This document shows, piece after piece, positions 20,845 through 31,061 of a stretch of 55,186 nt of DNA (position 1 is its first letter; every line of letters starts with the position of its first letter). The notes beneath the pieces were generated by a model, which saw nothing but the letters and a program-made list of their open reading frames with translations, was not told the origin of the DNA and did not search any database. The translations under genes and the position numbers were made by a program. This stretch comes from a virus (Duplodnaviria; Caudoviricetes): positions 1 to 55,186 of the IMG/VR virus record IMGVR_UViG_3300029893_000267; one strand, 5' to 3'.

Positions 20845-21212
20845 AATATTTAATAGTTTTTTTATTTTTATTATTTTCTGGATGTTCTAATATAAAATAT
20901 GATAATATTCAGTTTGATAGAACATTAGAATTAAAATTATTTGCAGATGAAATGGATCTTCAATGTTATAATAACGAGATTATAAAACAAAAAGTTATAG
21001 AATTAAAAGAGATTTCTGATTACCAATTTGAATATTCTAAATATAAAAATAATGACGAATTGTCTAATTCTTATTTAATAATTAAAGAAATGGTTAATTC
21101 TATGTATATTAGATATAAAAAAGAAAATCCTTCTGAATTATATTGTAGAAATAAGTTAAAAATGATTTCTCATTCGTTGGAAATAATATTAAAAGAAATA
21201 GGAAATTTTTAA
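20841..21212 (+). CDS. Lipoprotein (candidate lysis accessory)
   Basis: Signal peptide with lipobox LFSGC; GTGA overlap with the endolysin stop. Confidence 0.65.
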   Translation: MKYLIVFLFLLFSGCSNIKYDNIQFDRTLELKLFADEMDLQCYNNEIIKQKVIELKEISDYQFEYSKYKNNDELSNSYLIIKEMVNSMYIRYKKENPSELYCRNKLKMISHSLEIILKEIGNF

Positions 21213-21379
21213 TGTTAAAATTTAAAGATTTTTTAAGAGAAGATGGAGTAACAGGAATTGCTGGACCTGCTAATCAAACTGCAGGAGTTGCTGGATTAAA
21301 GGCAGATGTTCCTGGTCCTTCCCATTTATTAATGACAGTTAGAAGAATTATAAAAAAGAAAAAAGATGCTAAAAATTGA
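21212..21379 (+). CDS. Small Gly/Ala-rich protein with capsid-targeting-like leader (55 aa)
   Basis: MLKFKDFLRE|DGVTGIAGPANQTAGVAG...KKKKDAKN; TAATG overlap; absent from the track because it is under 60 aa. Confidence 0.7.
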   Translation: MLKFKDFLREDGVTGIAGPANQTAGVAGLKADVPGPSHLLMTVRRIIKKKKDAKN

Positions 21380-21602
21380 ATTATCAGAATTAAATAAACA
21401 AGAATTATTAGATCAATATAATGATTTAACTAAATTATTTAATTTAAAAGAAATTTCTGAAGAAGAATATAATGAATTATTATTTGATTTATTTAAAGTT
21501 AATGATATAAATAATAATATGAATAAAATAGAAAAACAAAAAATAATCAGAGATATTATTAATGGATTAGTTACTATATCTCAGACAACCCCATTTTTAT
21601 AA
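21366..21602 (+). CDS. Hypothetical helical protein
   Basis: Tightly packed ORF in the operon. Confidence 0.6.
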   Translation: MLKIELSELNKQELLDQYNDLTKLFNLKEISEEEYNELLFDLFKVNDINNNMNKIEKQKIIRDIINGLVTISQTTPFL

Positions 21603-21613
21603 GAGGAAAATAA

Positions 21614-21937
21614 ATGTCATATTTTAGAACTGTTTTATCATGGTTACTTCCAAAATTTGGAATTTTAGGAAGAGCATTATTAGCTTTATTTGAAGAAGTT
21701 ATTAATAAAGAATTAAATTTAATTCTTCCTATTGCAATGGAAGAAATTAAGAAATTAATGGATAATAAAGATTTAAAAGGAAAAGAAAAATTTAGTATAG
21801 TAGTTGATAGGGTTAAAAATAGAATAATTGAGGGACAAATTCCTTTATTAGAAGACACTATGAACGCTAATATTAATAGAGCAACTGAGATTGGATATGC
21901 TTATTTAAAATCTATTGAAACCAAAAATTTAAAATAA
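21614..21937 (+). CDS. Hypothetical protein, possible holin-like
   Basis: GAGG RBS; amphipathic N-terminus; G.EKF..V..R...IN...E..Y resembles soluble tails of some holins. Confidence 0.4.
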   Translation: MSYFRTVLSWLLPKFGILGRALLALFEEVINKELNLILPIAMEEIKKLMDNKDLKGKEKFSIVVDRVKNRIIEGQIPLLEDTMNANINRATEIGYAYLKSIETKNLK

Positions 21938-21955
21938 TAATGTAAGGGAGTAATA

Positions 21956-22411
21956 GTGTCAGAAAATTCATTGCATCCTTTTTTTTATAAGTTGGAAACT
22001 CAAGTAGAATTAAATAAAAAGGATATTATTAACATAACCATTTTATTAGACAAAATGGAAAAATTAATAGATAAAATGGTTAAACAACAAGAAAATATGA
22101 TAGATAAGGTGTATGAAGAAATGTCTGATTATAAAATTCGTAATGATATTGATATAAAAGAATTAAATAAAAGAATTAATAGTATGAATCAAGATTTATT
22201 AAATAGAATTGAAAGATCAGAAGGGAAACTTATGAATGAAATGAACAAAATTTCCAGAATGATGGATGATCATATTAAAGATTCTTATAAAAAAGATCCT
22301 GAACAAGCTAAAATTAATAAATATTTTTATATGATTTTGGGCGGCGGGGTTTTTGCTGCTTGGGTATTAGGAAAAATTTTACCAGAAATTTTTCAATTCT
22401 TTAAACATTAA
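21956..22411 (+). CDS. Coiled-coil protein with C-terminal transmembrane segment
   Basis: Heptad pattern; YFYMILGGGVFAAWVLG; GGGAG RBS. Confidence 0.7.
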   Translation: MSENSLHPFFYKLETQVELNKKDIINITILLDKMEKLIDKMVKQQENMIDKVYEEMSDYKIRNDIDIKELNKRINSMNQDLLNRIERSEGKLMNEMNKISRMMDDHIKDSYKKDPEQAKINKYFYMILGGGVFAAWVLGKILPEIFQFFKH

Positions 22412-22416
22412 AATAG

Positions 22417-22445
22417 TTGACAAGGATGAATTAATGTGATATAAT
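22417..22445 (+). promoter_or_regulatory. sigma70-type promoter
   Basis: TTGACA-17 nt-TATAAT with extended TG, followed by GGAGG RBS of primase. Confidence 0.9.
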
Positions 22446-22464
22446 AATAATATGGAGGTAGAAG

Positions 22465-23472
22465 ATGAGTTTTTACGTGGACTTAAAATATTTAAATATT
22501 TTAAGTATAAAATTAGATAATTTCAAACAAAAAAATCATGATCTTTGGAATTGTAGATGTCCTGTTTGTGGAGATTCTAAACATTCAAAATTAAAATCTA
22601 GAGGATATTTTTTTAGAAATGGAGATGCTTTAGTTTATAAATGTCATAATTGTGGATATATTTCTAATATTTATGGAATGTTAGAACAATTTTATCCTTC
22701 ATATATCTCCGAATATTTAATGGAAATTTATTTTGAAAAACATAATAATTCAATTAAACAAAAAAAAGAAGAAGTTAAATTAAAAAATACTATTCCAAGT
22801 TTTAAAGAAAAATTAAATCTTCCTTCCATTTCTTCTTTAAATGAAAATCATTTTGCTAAAAAATATGTAATTAATAGAAAAATTCCTTCTAAATATCATT
22901 CTAATTTATATTATTCAGAAAATTTTAAAAGTTTTTTGGACAAATGGCATCCAGAACATAATAAGAAAATTATTAATAATGATGTCAGACTAGTAATTCC
23001 GTTTTTTGACAAAAACAATAAAATATTCATGATTCAAGGAAGGACATTAAATGATTCTAAGATTAAATACATTTCTTTAAAGTTGGACAAAGAAATTCCT
23101 AAAATATTTGGAATTAATTCTGTAGATGAAAGCAAAGACATTTATGTTGTAGAAGGGCCAATTGATTCTTTATTTTTAGATAATTGTATTGCAACCGCAG
23201 ATTCTTCATTAATTATAGTTGAAAAATATTTTAACAAAGATAATTTGATTTTAATATGGGATAATGAGCCAAGAAATATAGAAATAGTAAATGATATACA
23301 AAAAGGAATAAATTTAGGATTTAGGGTTGTTATTTGGCCAAAATATTTCAAATATAAGGATATTAATGAAGCTGTTATGAATGGAGTTAAAAATATTAAT
23401 AGTATAATAAATGCTAATATTTTTAAAGAATTGAATGCACAATTAGAATTTGATAATTGGAGAAGAATATGA
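22465..23472 (+). CDS. DNA primase, T4 gp61-like
   Basis: CRCPVCGDS...RGY...CHNC zinc finger; RLVIPF, QGR, VVEGPIDSLF, WDNEPRN, KDINE (TOPRIM). Confidence 0.96.
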   Translation: MSFYVDLKYLNILSIKLDNFKQKNHDLWNCRCPVCGDSKHSKLKSRGYFFRNGDALVYKCHNCGYISNIYGMLEQFYPSYISEYLMEIYFEKHNNSIKQKKEEVKLKNTIPSFKEKLNLPSISSLNENHFAKKYVINRKIPSKYHSNLYYSENFKSFLDKWHPEHNKKIINNDVRLVIPFFDKNNKIFMIQGRTLNDSKIKYISLKLDKEIPKIFGINSVDESKDIYVVEGPIDSLFLDNCIATADSSLIIVEKYFNKDNLILIWDNEPRNIEIVNDIQKGINLGFRVVIWPKYFKYKDINEAVMNGVKNINSIINANIFKELNAQLEFDNWRRI

Positions 23473-24046
23473 AAGACTAAATAGTTCCGTATATTAAATT
23501 AGAATTTACTGCGATAGATAAAAAATATACCTTTTAGAAAAATAAAATATATTAATAAATTTAAAATTCTTATTAATTAAGAACTGATAAATCTTTTAAT
23601 ATGGTTACAAAAAAATATGTTTATTTATTTTAAATAAAAATGAATAATTTAATAATGAGGTTATATCCGACCACAAAAATTTTGATTTTAGATATTATAT
23701 AGATTAAAAATATTAATTATATTAATGTTTATATTTTTAATTGGTCTAGATGAGACATAACATTGTATAATAATTCAAAATAAAGAATAAATTATTAACA
23801 ATATTACCAAAGTAAAATAATCTTTAATTATTGTATAGGAACATGTTATTTAAGTTATGTGTTTTTGATAAAATGTGTAATTTTTCAGAAAGGCCGAGTT
23901 ATATAATGGTTAATATTCCAAGGCGGTTTATTCTGAAAAGGATAAGAACAAGTTATTTTTAGTGGAATAAAAAAATATAAAGTTAAAAAAACCTATTAAT
24001 TGTAGAGAAATTACAATAATTTTTAAATATTAAAAAGGAAAAATAT

Positions 24047-24451
24047 ATGAAAACTATTTTAGATAATTATTCTTTATTTGTAGAAAATGTTACATCTAAT
24101 CATTCTAATAATTTTGAAGATTTTGTTCAAAGACTTCAAGAATTGAATAATACAGGAATTAATATTCCTTTATTAATTACTTCTGCCATTGGATTAGGAT
24201 CTGAAACCGGAGAATTTCAAGAGATCGTTAAGAAAATTCTTTTTCAGGGTAAAGAATTAAGCGAAGATAATGTTTATCATATGCATCGTGAGCTTTCTGA
24301 TATTTGCTGGTATTGGGTAAATGGTTGTAGAGCATTGAATATTAATCCAAATAGAATTATTGAAATGAATGTAGAAAAACTTGAAGCTAGATATCCGGGA
24401 GGAACTTTTGATGTATATTATTCTGAAAATAGAAAGGAAAATGATATTTAA
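24047..24451 (+). CDS. MazG-like nucleoside triphosphate pyrophosphohydrolase
   Basis: GLGSETGEFQEIVKK..FQG, RELSDI.WY, N.EKL.ARYP. Confidence 0.9.
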   Translation: MKTILDNYSLFVENVTSNHSNNFEDFVQRLQELNNTGINIPLLITSAIGLGSETGEFQEIVKKILFQGKELSEDNVYHMHRELSDICWYWVNGCRALNINPNRIIEMNVEKLEARYPGGTFDVYYSENRKENDI

Positions 24452-24453
24452 GT

Positions 24454-25152
24454 ATGAACAATGCAATTGTAACTTGTGCTTGGGGAGAACTTCCTGATTA
24501 TTGGTATAATATAGTTCTCCCGAGATTTAAATTTATTTCTAATAAATGGAATGTTAATTTCCATATTATCGATACAGAATTAGAAAATATCAATAATAAA
24601 ATGTATAATAAAATACAAATAGGAGAAGTTTGTAAACAATACGACAGAATTTTTTATATAGACAATGATTGTGTAATTTCTAGAGATACTCCCAATATTT
24701 TTGAAACTTTCAAAAAAGGTAAATTTTACGGGGTATTAGATTCCACTATTCATGATACAGATTGTCAAAATAGAATTAGCGAAATTAAATATTCTCAAGA
24801 AAAATTTGGAAATATTAATTGGAATGTTGGATATTATAATGCAGGAATATTTTTGTGTGATAAAGAACATTCTAAAATATGGGAAAATTTTGTTTTTGTA
24901 AATTTTATTCATACAGATCAAACTTGGATAAATTATTTTCTTAGAAAATATAAATTTGATCATGAAGCAATTTCTAAAAAATATAATTCTATGGGAATTA
25001 ATACAATTAAGAATGATAGTAAAGAAATATTATATGGAGCTATAGACCTACCAGAAAGAATTTGTAAAGCTGTATACATCGCTCATGCTGCAGGAGTTCC
25101 TAATTTTTTAAAAAATTATTATATAGAAAAATTTGATGAGGCAATGAAATGA
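24454..25152 (+). CDS. GT8-like glycosyltransferase
   Basis: YDRIFYIDND, YYNAGIF, DQTWIN, YN, IAHAAG. Confidence 0.8.
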   Translation: MNNAIVTCAWGELPDYWYNIVLPRFKFISNKWNVNFHIIDTELENINNKMYNKIQIGEVCKQYDRIFYIDNDCVISRDTPNIFETFKKGKFYGVLDSTIHDTDCQNRISEIKYSQEKFGNINWNVGYYNAGIFLCDKEHSKIWENFVFVNFIHTDQTWINYFLRKYKFDHEAISKKYNSMGINTIKNDSKEILYGAIDLPERICKAVYIAHAAGVPNFLKNYYIEKFDEAMK

Positions 25153-26651
25153 AATATTTTTATCAAGGAGTAGAGTATTTAAAGCAAGGGAATAATGACA
25201 AAGCTATAGAAAATTTTTTATTAAGCATAGATAATAAAGAAAATAATTTAGAATTATCTTATAATGCTATTGGAATGATATATTTAAATTTAAATATAAA
25301 AAGTTTAGCTAAAAAATATTTTGAAAAAGCGTTAGAAATAGATCCCAATAATAAAACTTTTAAACAAAATTTATATTTAACTGATGATTCTTTATATAAT
25401 GAAGATTATATTTTGCTACAAGAAAAAGAAAATAATCATGAAATAGAGGATGCTTTTATTTTAGCGACTAATATTTATATTAAAACTCATTCTGAAGAAA
25501 TGTTATTTAAAATTGGATATTATAATATAAGATTAGGAAGATTTAAAGAAGCTGAAAAGATTTTTAATTGTTTATATAACGAATATTCTAATGATAAAAA
25601 GTATATAGTAAATTTGATTACTTCTTTATTTTATCAAAAAAAATATGATAAAGGTAAAGAATTGTTGTTGGAATTAGAAAAACAATTTGATTTATATAAT
25701 TTAGTGGAATCTAATGAAGTTGCGTTATATAATACTTTTTGTTTTCTAAAATCTATTTATAATTTTGTTGAAGGAAAATATGAAGAAAGTTTTCCTATTA
25801 ATGGATATGAAACTTATTTTTTTAGCAAAGAAATTATTAAAAATACTAGTGTGTTAACTGAATTTCCTCTTTATAAACGAGAAGGAATTTTGGTATTAGG
25901 ACAATGGGGGATTGGCGATAATATTAATTTTTTAAGATTCATTCCCTTATTAAAAAAGTATTATAAGAAAATATATTTTTATGGAAGAGACGAACTCCAT
26001 TCTTTAATTAATGTTGTGGACAAAGATATTATTTGTATAAAAAAAGAAGATTATTCTTATAGTGGATGTTATCAAGATTATATTCCATTAATACATATTC
26101 CATTTCTATTAAAATTAAAAGAAAAAGATTATAAATTAAAAACTTCTTTATTTAAAATTGAAAGCACTAATTCTAAAAAAGAATTATTTAAATTTAAAAT
26201 TGGAATATGTTGGTTTGGTGGAAAAGATCATGAATTAGATAGGATTCGTTCTATTCCTAAAAATAAATTATATAAGTTAAAAAAAATCTTTAATAAATAT
26301 GATAATATAGAATTTGTATCTCTTGGAAAAGGATATAGAGAAAAAGAATGCAAAATATTAGGAATAAAAAATGTATTAGAAAATGTTGAGAATTATTTAG
26401 ATACCGCTAATATAATTAATGAATTAGATTTAGTAATATCAGTTGATACTTCAATTATTCATTTAGCAGGTTCTTTATTTAAAGAAAGTTTATTATTGTT
26501 AAGTGAAGCAAATGATTTTAGATGGAAAAATGATTCAGATTCTAATTTATGGTATCCAACGGTAAAAATATTAAAACAAAAAGAATTTAATAATTGGGAA
26601 AGTGTTTTTGAAAAGATAGATAAATATTTAAACGACAATTATAAAAATTAA
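25149..26651 (+). CDS. TPR-repeat protein with C-terminal GT-B (GT9-like) domain
   Basis: TPRs (A..YFEKALEIDPNN); QWGIGDNINFLRF, IGICWFG, RSIP, DTA.II..LDLVISVDTS..HLAG, RW...WYP. Confidence 0.85.
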   Translation: MKYFYQGVEYLKQGNNDKAIENFLLSIDNKENNLELSYNAIGMIYLNLNIKSLAKKYFEKALEIDPNNKTFKQNLYLTDDSLYNEDYILLQEKENNHEIEDAFILATNIYIKTHSEEMLFKIGYYNIRLGRFKEAEKIFNCLYNEYSNDKKYIVNLITSLFYQKKYDKGKELLLELEKQFDLYNLVESNEVALYNTFCFLKSIYNFVEGKYEESFPINGYETYFFSKEIIKNTSVLTEFPLYKREGILVLGQWGIGDNINFLRFIPLLKKYYKKIYFYGRDELHSLINVVDKDIICIKKEDYSYSGCYQDYIPLIHIPFLLKLKEKDYKLKTSLFKIESTNSKKELFKFKIGICWFGGKDHELDRIRSIPKNKLYKLKKIFNKYDNIEFVSLGKGYREKECKILGIKNVLENVENYLDTANIINELDLVISVDTSIIHLAGSLFKESLLLLSEANDFRWKNDSDSNLWYPTVKILKQKEFNNWESVFEKIDKYLNDNYKN

Positions 26652-26660
26652 AGGGCAAAA

Positions 26661-28460
26661 ATGGAATTAGATTATAACAGAGATAAATTATTTGATGAGT
26701 TAGGGTTGAAAAGATTAAAAGAATCTTATATGAGAGAAGATGAAAATTCTCCACAAGAAAGATTTGCATATGTTTCTAAAAAATTTTCTTCTAATGAAGA
26801 ACATGCAAAACGATTATACGAATATTCTTCGAAACATTGGTTAAGTTATTCGACTCCAATTTTATCTTATGGAAAATCTAAACATTCTCTTCCTGTAAGT
26901 TGTTATTTATCGTATATGGATGATTCTTCTGCAGGATTAGTAGATACTTTATCTGAAGTTAATACTTTATCTATGTTAGGAGGGGGAGTTGGTATAGGAG
27001 TTGGGATTCGTTCTGCTGACGATAAATCTGTCGGAATCATGCCTCATATGAAAATCTATGATGCTTCTTCGATGGCTTATAGACAAGGTAAAAGTCGTAG
27101 AGGTAGTTATGCGGCATATTTAAAAATAACTCATCCAGATGTTTTGATGTTTTTGGATATGAGGAAACCTACAGGAGATCCTAATATAAAATGTTTGAAT
27201 ATGCATCATGGAATTATATTAACAGATCAATTTATGAATTTGATTGAAAAATGTATGATAGATTCTGAAACTGATGATACTTGGAATTTATATGATGATC
27301 ATGATCCTCTTAAAATTAAAGATTCAGTTTCTGCTAAAGAACTTTGGCAAAGAATTTTAGAATTAAGAATGCAGACAGGAGAGCCTTACATTTTATTTAT
27401 TGACACTGCTAATAAAAATAATTTGCCAGAATTTCAAAAAAATATGGGGTTAGAAATTAAACAAAGTAATATATGTTGTGAAGTGTTACTCCCAACTGAT
27501 AAAGATAGAACTGCTGTATGTTGTTTATCTTCTTTAAATTTAAGATATTATGATGAATGGAAAGATAATTATCAATTTTACAAAGACATAGCAGAAATGC
27601 TTGATAATGTATTAACAGTTTTTATAAATGATGCTCCAGAAGCAATTTCTAGAGCTAAATATTCTGCAATGAGAGAAAGGGCAGTTGGAATTGGAGCATT
27701 AGGATTTCACACGTATTTACAACAAAATAAAATTCCTTTTGAATCGGCATTAGCAAAATCTAGGAACATAATGATATTTAAAAATATCAGAACTAATTTA
27801 GATAAAGTTAATCAAGAATTAGGAAAAGAAAGAGGAAATTGTCCTGATTATGAAGAAGGAGAGAATAATAAAGTTGAATATAAAAGATTTAGTAAATTAA
27901 TGGCAATTGCCCCTAATGCTTCTACTTCTATTATTATGGGAAACATTTCTCCTTCTATAGAACCAATTAGAGCAAATGCATATAGACAAGATACTATGTC
28001 AGGTTTCTATCTTAATAAAAATCCTGTTTTAGATACTTTAATTAAAGAAAAATGTGAAGAAAATTCTGATTTAAATTATGATAATATTTGGGGAGATATT
28101 GTAATTAATGATGGTTCTATTCAACATTTAGATATCTTTACTAAAGACGAAAAAGATATTTTTAAAACTGCAATGGAATTAGATCAAAGATGGATTGTTG
28201 AACTGGCAAGCGATAGACAAAAATATATTGATCAAACACAGTCTATTAATTTATTTTTTAGACCTAATGTAAATATTAAATATCTTCATGCGGTTCATTT
28301 TATGGCTTGGAAATACGAAATTCCTACTTTATATTATTGCAGATCTGATAGTTTAAAAAAATCCGACAAAATTTCTAAACAAATAGAAAGAGAAATTATA
28401 GAAGAGATTAATATGGAAGATATTATTAATAATGAAGTTTGTTTGGCATGTGAAGGATAA
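26661..28460 (+). CDS. nrdA: Ribonucleotide reductase class I alpha subunit (short form, no ATP cone)
   Basis: STP, PVSC, GGGVG, QG..RRG, SNICCE, VCCLSS, AIAPNAS, LYYCR, C-terminal CLACEG. Confidence 0.97.
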   Translation: MELDYNRDKLFDELGLKRLKESYMREDENSPQERFAYVSKKFSSNEEHAKRLYEYSSKHWLSYSTPILSYGKSKHSLPVSCYLSYMDDSSAGLVDTLSEVNTLSMLGGGVGIGVGIRSADDKSVGIMPHMKIYDASSMAYRQGKSRRGSYAAYLKITHPDVLMFLDMRKPTGDPNIKCLNMHHGIILTDQFMNLIEKCMIDSETDDTWNLYDDHDPLKIKDSVSAKELWQRILELRMQTGEPYILFIDTANKNNLPEFQKNMGLEIKQSNICCEVLLPTDKDRTAVCCLSSLNLRYYDEWKDNYQFYKDIAEMLDNVLTVFINDAPEAISRAKYSAMRERAVGIGALGFHTYLQQNKIPFESALAKSRNIMIFKNIRTNLDKVNQELGKERGNCPDYEEGENNKVEYKRFSKLMAIAPNASTSIIMGNISPSIEPIRANAYRQDTMSGFYLNKNPVLDTLIKEKCEENSDLNYDNIWGDIVINDGSIQHLDIFTKDEKDIFKTAMELDQRWIVELASDRQKYIDQTQSINLFFRPNVNIKYLHAVHFMAWKYEIPTLYYCRSDSLKKSDKISKQIEREIIEEINMEDIINNEVCLACEG

Positions 28461-28463
28461 TAT

Positions 28464-29435
28464 ATGACTAAAAAATTAAAATTAACAGATAAAAGATTAT
28501 CTTTTAAGCCGTTTAGTTACCAGTGGTGTTATGAATATTGGTTATCTCATGAACAAATGCATTGGATTCATACTGAGGTTGAATTAATTCAAGACATTAA
28601 AGATTGGCAAAATATTCTAACAAAAGAAGAAAAATATTTTTTAACTAATATTTTTAGATTTTTTACACAGCAAGATATTGATGTTGCTGGGGCATATGTT
28701 AATAATTATCTTCCTATATTTCCTCAGCCGGAAGTTAGAATGATGTTATTAGGATTTGCTGCTAGAGAAAGTACTCATATAGCAGGATATGCACATTTAA
28801 TAGAAACTTTGGGAATGCCAGAAACTATATATGATGAATTTCTTAAATACGAAGAAATGAAAAATAAACACGATTATATAGAATCTTTTGTGGGTTCAAA
28901 TGAATATGACATTGCACAACAAATTGCTTTATTTTCTGCTTTTACTGAAGGAATGCAACTATTTTCGTCTTTTGTTATGTTATTAAATTTTCCTAGATTT
29001 GGAAAAATGAAAGGTATGGGACAAATTATTTCTTGGTCTATTTTAGATGAAATGGTTCACTGTGAAGGAATGATTAAATTATTCAGAGTCTTTATTGAAG
29101 AAAATAGGCATATTTGGAAAGATGAATTAAAATCAAAATTATATTCCATTGCAGAAAAAATGGTAGAATTAGAAGATGCTTTTATCGATATTTGTTATTC
29201 TATGGGAGGAGCAGAAGGATTAGGAAAAGAAGAGTTAAAAAAATATATAAGATATATTTGTGACAGAAGATTAATTTCTATGGGATTGAAAGGTATTTTT
29301 AAAGTTAAAAAGAATCCTTTACCATGGGTTGATGAAATGGTTTCTGCTCCTCAACATACAAATTTTTTCGAAAATAGAGCCTCTGCATATTCTAAAGGGG
29401 CTTTATCTGGTAATTGGGGAGAAGTTTGGGCATAA
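28464..29435 (+). CDS. nrdB: Ribonucleotide reductase class I beta subunit
   Basis: HW...E, FFTQ.D, ESTH..GY, EG..LFSSF, DEMVH, NFFE.R..AY. Confidence 0.97.
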   Translation: MTKKLKLTDKRLSFKPFSYQWCYEYWLSHEQMHWIHTEVELIQDIKDWQNILTKEEKYFLTNIFRFFTQQDIDVAGAYVNNYLPIFPQPEVRMMLLGFAARESTHIAGYAHLIETLGMPETIYDEFLKYEEMKNKHDYIESFVGSNEYDIAQQIALFSAFTEGMQLFSSFVMLLNFPRFGKMKGMGQIISWSILDEMVHCEGMIKLFRVFIEENRHIWKDELKSKLYSIAEKMVELEDAFIDICYSMGGAEGLGKEELKKYIRYICDRRLISMGLKGIFKVKKNPLPWVDEMVSAPQHTNFFENRASAYSKGALSGNWGEVWA

Positions 29436-29453
29436 ACATTAAATCAAAATAAT

Positions 29454-30266
29454 ATGACAATACCTTACACATATATTTTAAAACACATTCCGACAAATTT
29501 GTTTTATTATGGGGTCAGATATGCACAAGGGTGTTCGCCCTTAGATTTTTTTGTAACTTATTTCACCTCATCAAAAAAAATAAAACGCCTTATAGAAGAA
29601 TTTGGAGAAAATTCTTTTTCTTATGAAATACGAAAAACATTTAAAAGTGCAGAATTAGCTAGAAATTGGGAATGTAAAGTTTTGAGAAGAATGAATGCCG
29701 TAATAAGAAACGATTTTTTAAATTCGCACGATTCTTATGGGCCTCCTGTTATGAAAGGAGAAACTCATCCTTTATATAATACAGGACATTCAGAAGAAAC
29801 TAAACAAAAAATGAGAAAACCTCATAAAAAGTTATCAGAAAAAACAAGAATGAAAATGTCAGAATCCAGAAAAGGAGATAAAAATCCTTGTTATGGTAAA
29901 ATGGGGGAAGCTCATCCAGCTTTTGGGCATAAAAAATCTGACGAATTTAAAGAAAGTGCAAGAAAAAGATTATTAGAAAATAATCACATGAAATCACCAG
30001 AAGCTTTACAAAAGGCTAGAAATGAAAATAGAAAATATAAATGGTGGAATAATGGAGATATTAATATAAGAAGTAAAGAATGTCCAACTGAAGGTGGTTG
30101 GATAAGAGGAAGAATAATGCTAAACAACAATTTTAAAACTAAAAGTTTTAACGCTAAAGACACTATTTGGTGGAATAATGGGATTAATCAAAAAAGAAGT
30201 AAAACTTGTCCGGGCAAAGAATGGATAAAAGGAAGATTAAATTATAAAAGAAATATAAAAGAATAA
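29454..30266 (+). mobile_element. Seg-like GIY-YIG homing endonuclease with NUMOD3 and WWNNG repeats
   Basis: YTYIL...FYYGVR, YFTSS, WE..VL, FLN; HSEETKQKM; two WWNNG...CP..W..GR; directly after nrdB. Confidence 0.85.
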
Positions 30267-30270
30267 TTAC

Positions 30271-31038
30271 ATGACAAATTCTAAAGTAATTTTATCAGGA
30301 GGATTTTCTCCTTGTCATTCTGGGCATGTTAAAATGATTCAGAATGCTTCTTTTCATGGAGATGTTATTATTTTATTAAATTCTGATGAATGGGTTAAAA
30401 ATAAAAGAGGACATCATTTTATTGATTTTGAAGATAGGAAAAGTGTTCTACCCCAATTTAAAGGGGTTGAAGATGTATTAAGTTTTGAAGATGATGAATA
30501 CGGATCGGCGTTAAACGGACTTAAAAAAGTAAGAGAAATTTATAATAAAAATGAATATAAATTATTTTTCGGTAATGGCGGCGACAAAGATGAAAATTCT
30601 ACTCCTACAATTGAACAAAAATTTTGTGAAGAAAATGATATAGAATTAATATGGGAATTAGGAGGAGATAAACCCCAATCTTCATCTTGGATATTAAATA
30701 GATATAGAGATCATCTTTTTGAAATCTCCGAAAGAAATTGGGGAAAATATTATGTTTTATATAATGATTGTAATAAAAAGATTAAAATTTTGGAAGTAAA
30801 TCCTAATTCTTTTTTGTCTTTACAATCTCATAGATACAGATCTGAAAATTGGTTTGTTATAGAAGGATTGGCTAATGTAGAATTAGGAAACACTAAATAT
30901 GTTTTATCTACTTCAGAATCTATTTTCATTCCTAAAGGGGTTAAACACAGATTAAGTAATAATACAGATAAAATTTTGAAAATTGTGGAGGTTCAATTAG
31001 GAAGTTATGTTGGAGAGGACGATATTATTCGATATTAA
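30271..31038 (+). CDS. Cytidylyl/adenylyltransferase (HxGH, RfaE/TagD-like) fused to cupin (mannose-6-P isomerase type II-like)
   Basis: SGGF...HSGH, LNSD.W, F.NGGD, QSSS; R.WG.Y, LSLQSH.YRSE.W, HRLSN, EVQ.G.Y.GEDDIIR. Confidence 0.9.
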   Translation: MTNSKVILSGGFSPCHSGHVKMIQNASFHGDVIILLNSDEWVKNKRGHHFIDFEDRKSVLPQFKGVEDVLSFEDDEYGSALNGLKKVREIYNKNEYKLFFGNGGDKDENSTPTIEQKFCEENDIELIWELGGDKPQSSSWILNRYRDHLFEISERNWGKYYVLYNDCNKKIKILEVNPNSFLSLQSHRYRSENWFVIEGLANVELGNTKYVLSTSESIFIPKGVKHRLSNNTDKILKIVEVQLGSYVGEDDIIRY

Positions 31039-31061
31039 AGATTTTTATATAAAGAGGAAAT

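Noticed and set aside
26661-29435. Intron or intein in nrdA/nrdB
   Set aside because: Both ORFs are continuous and of compact length with all motifs; the GIY-YIG gene is free-standing after the nrdB stop
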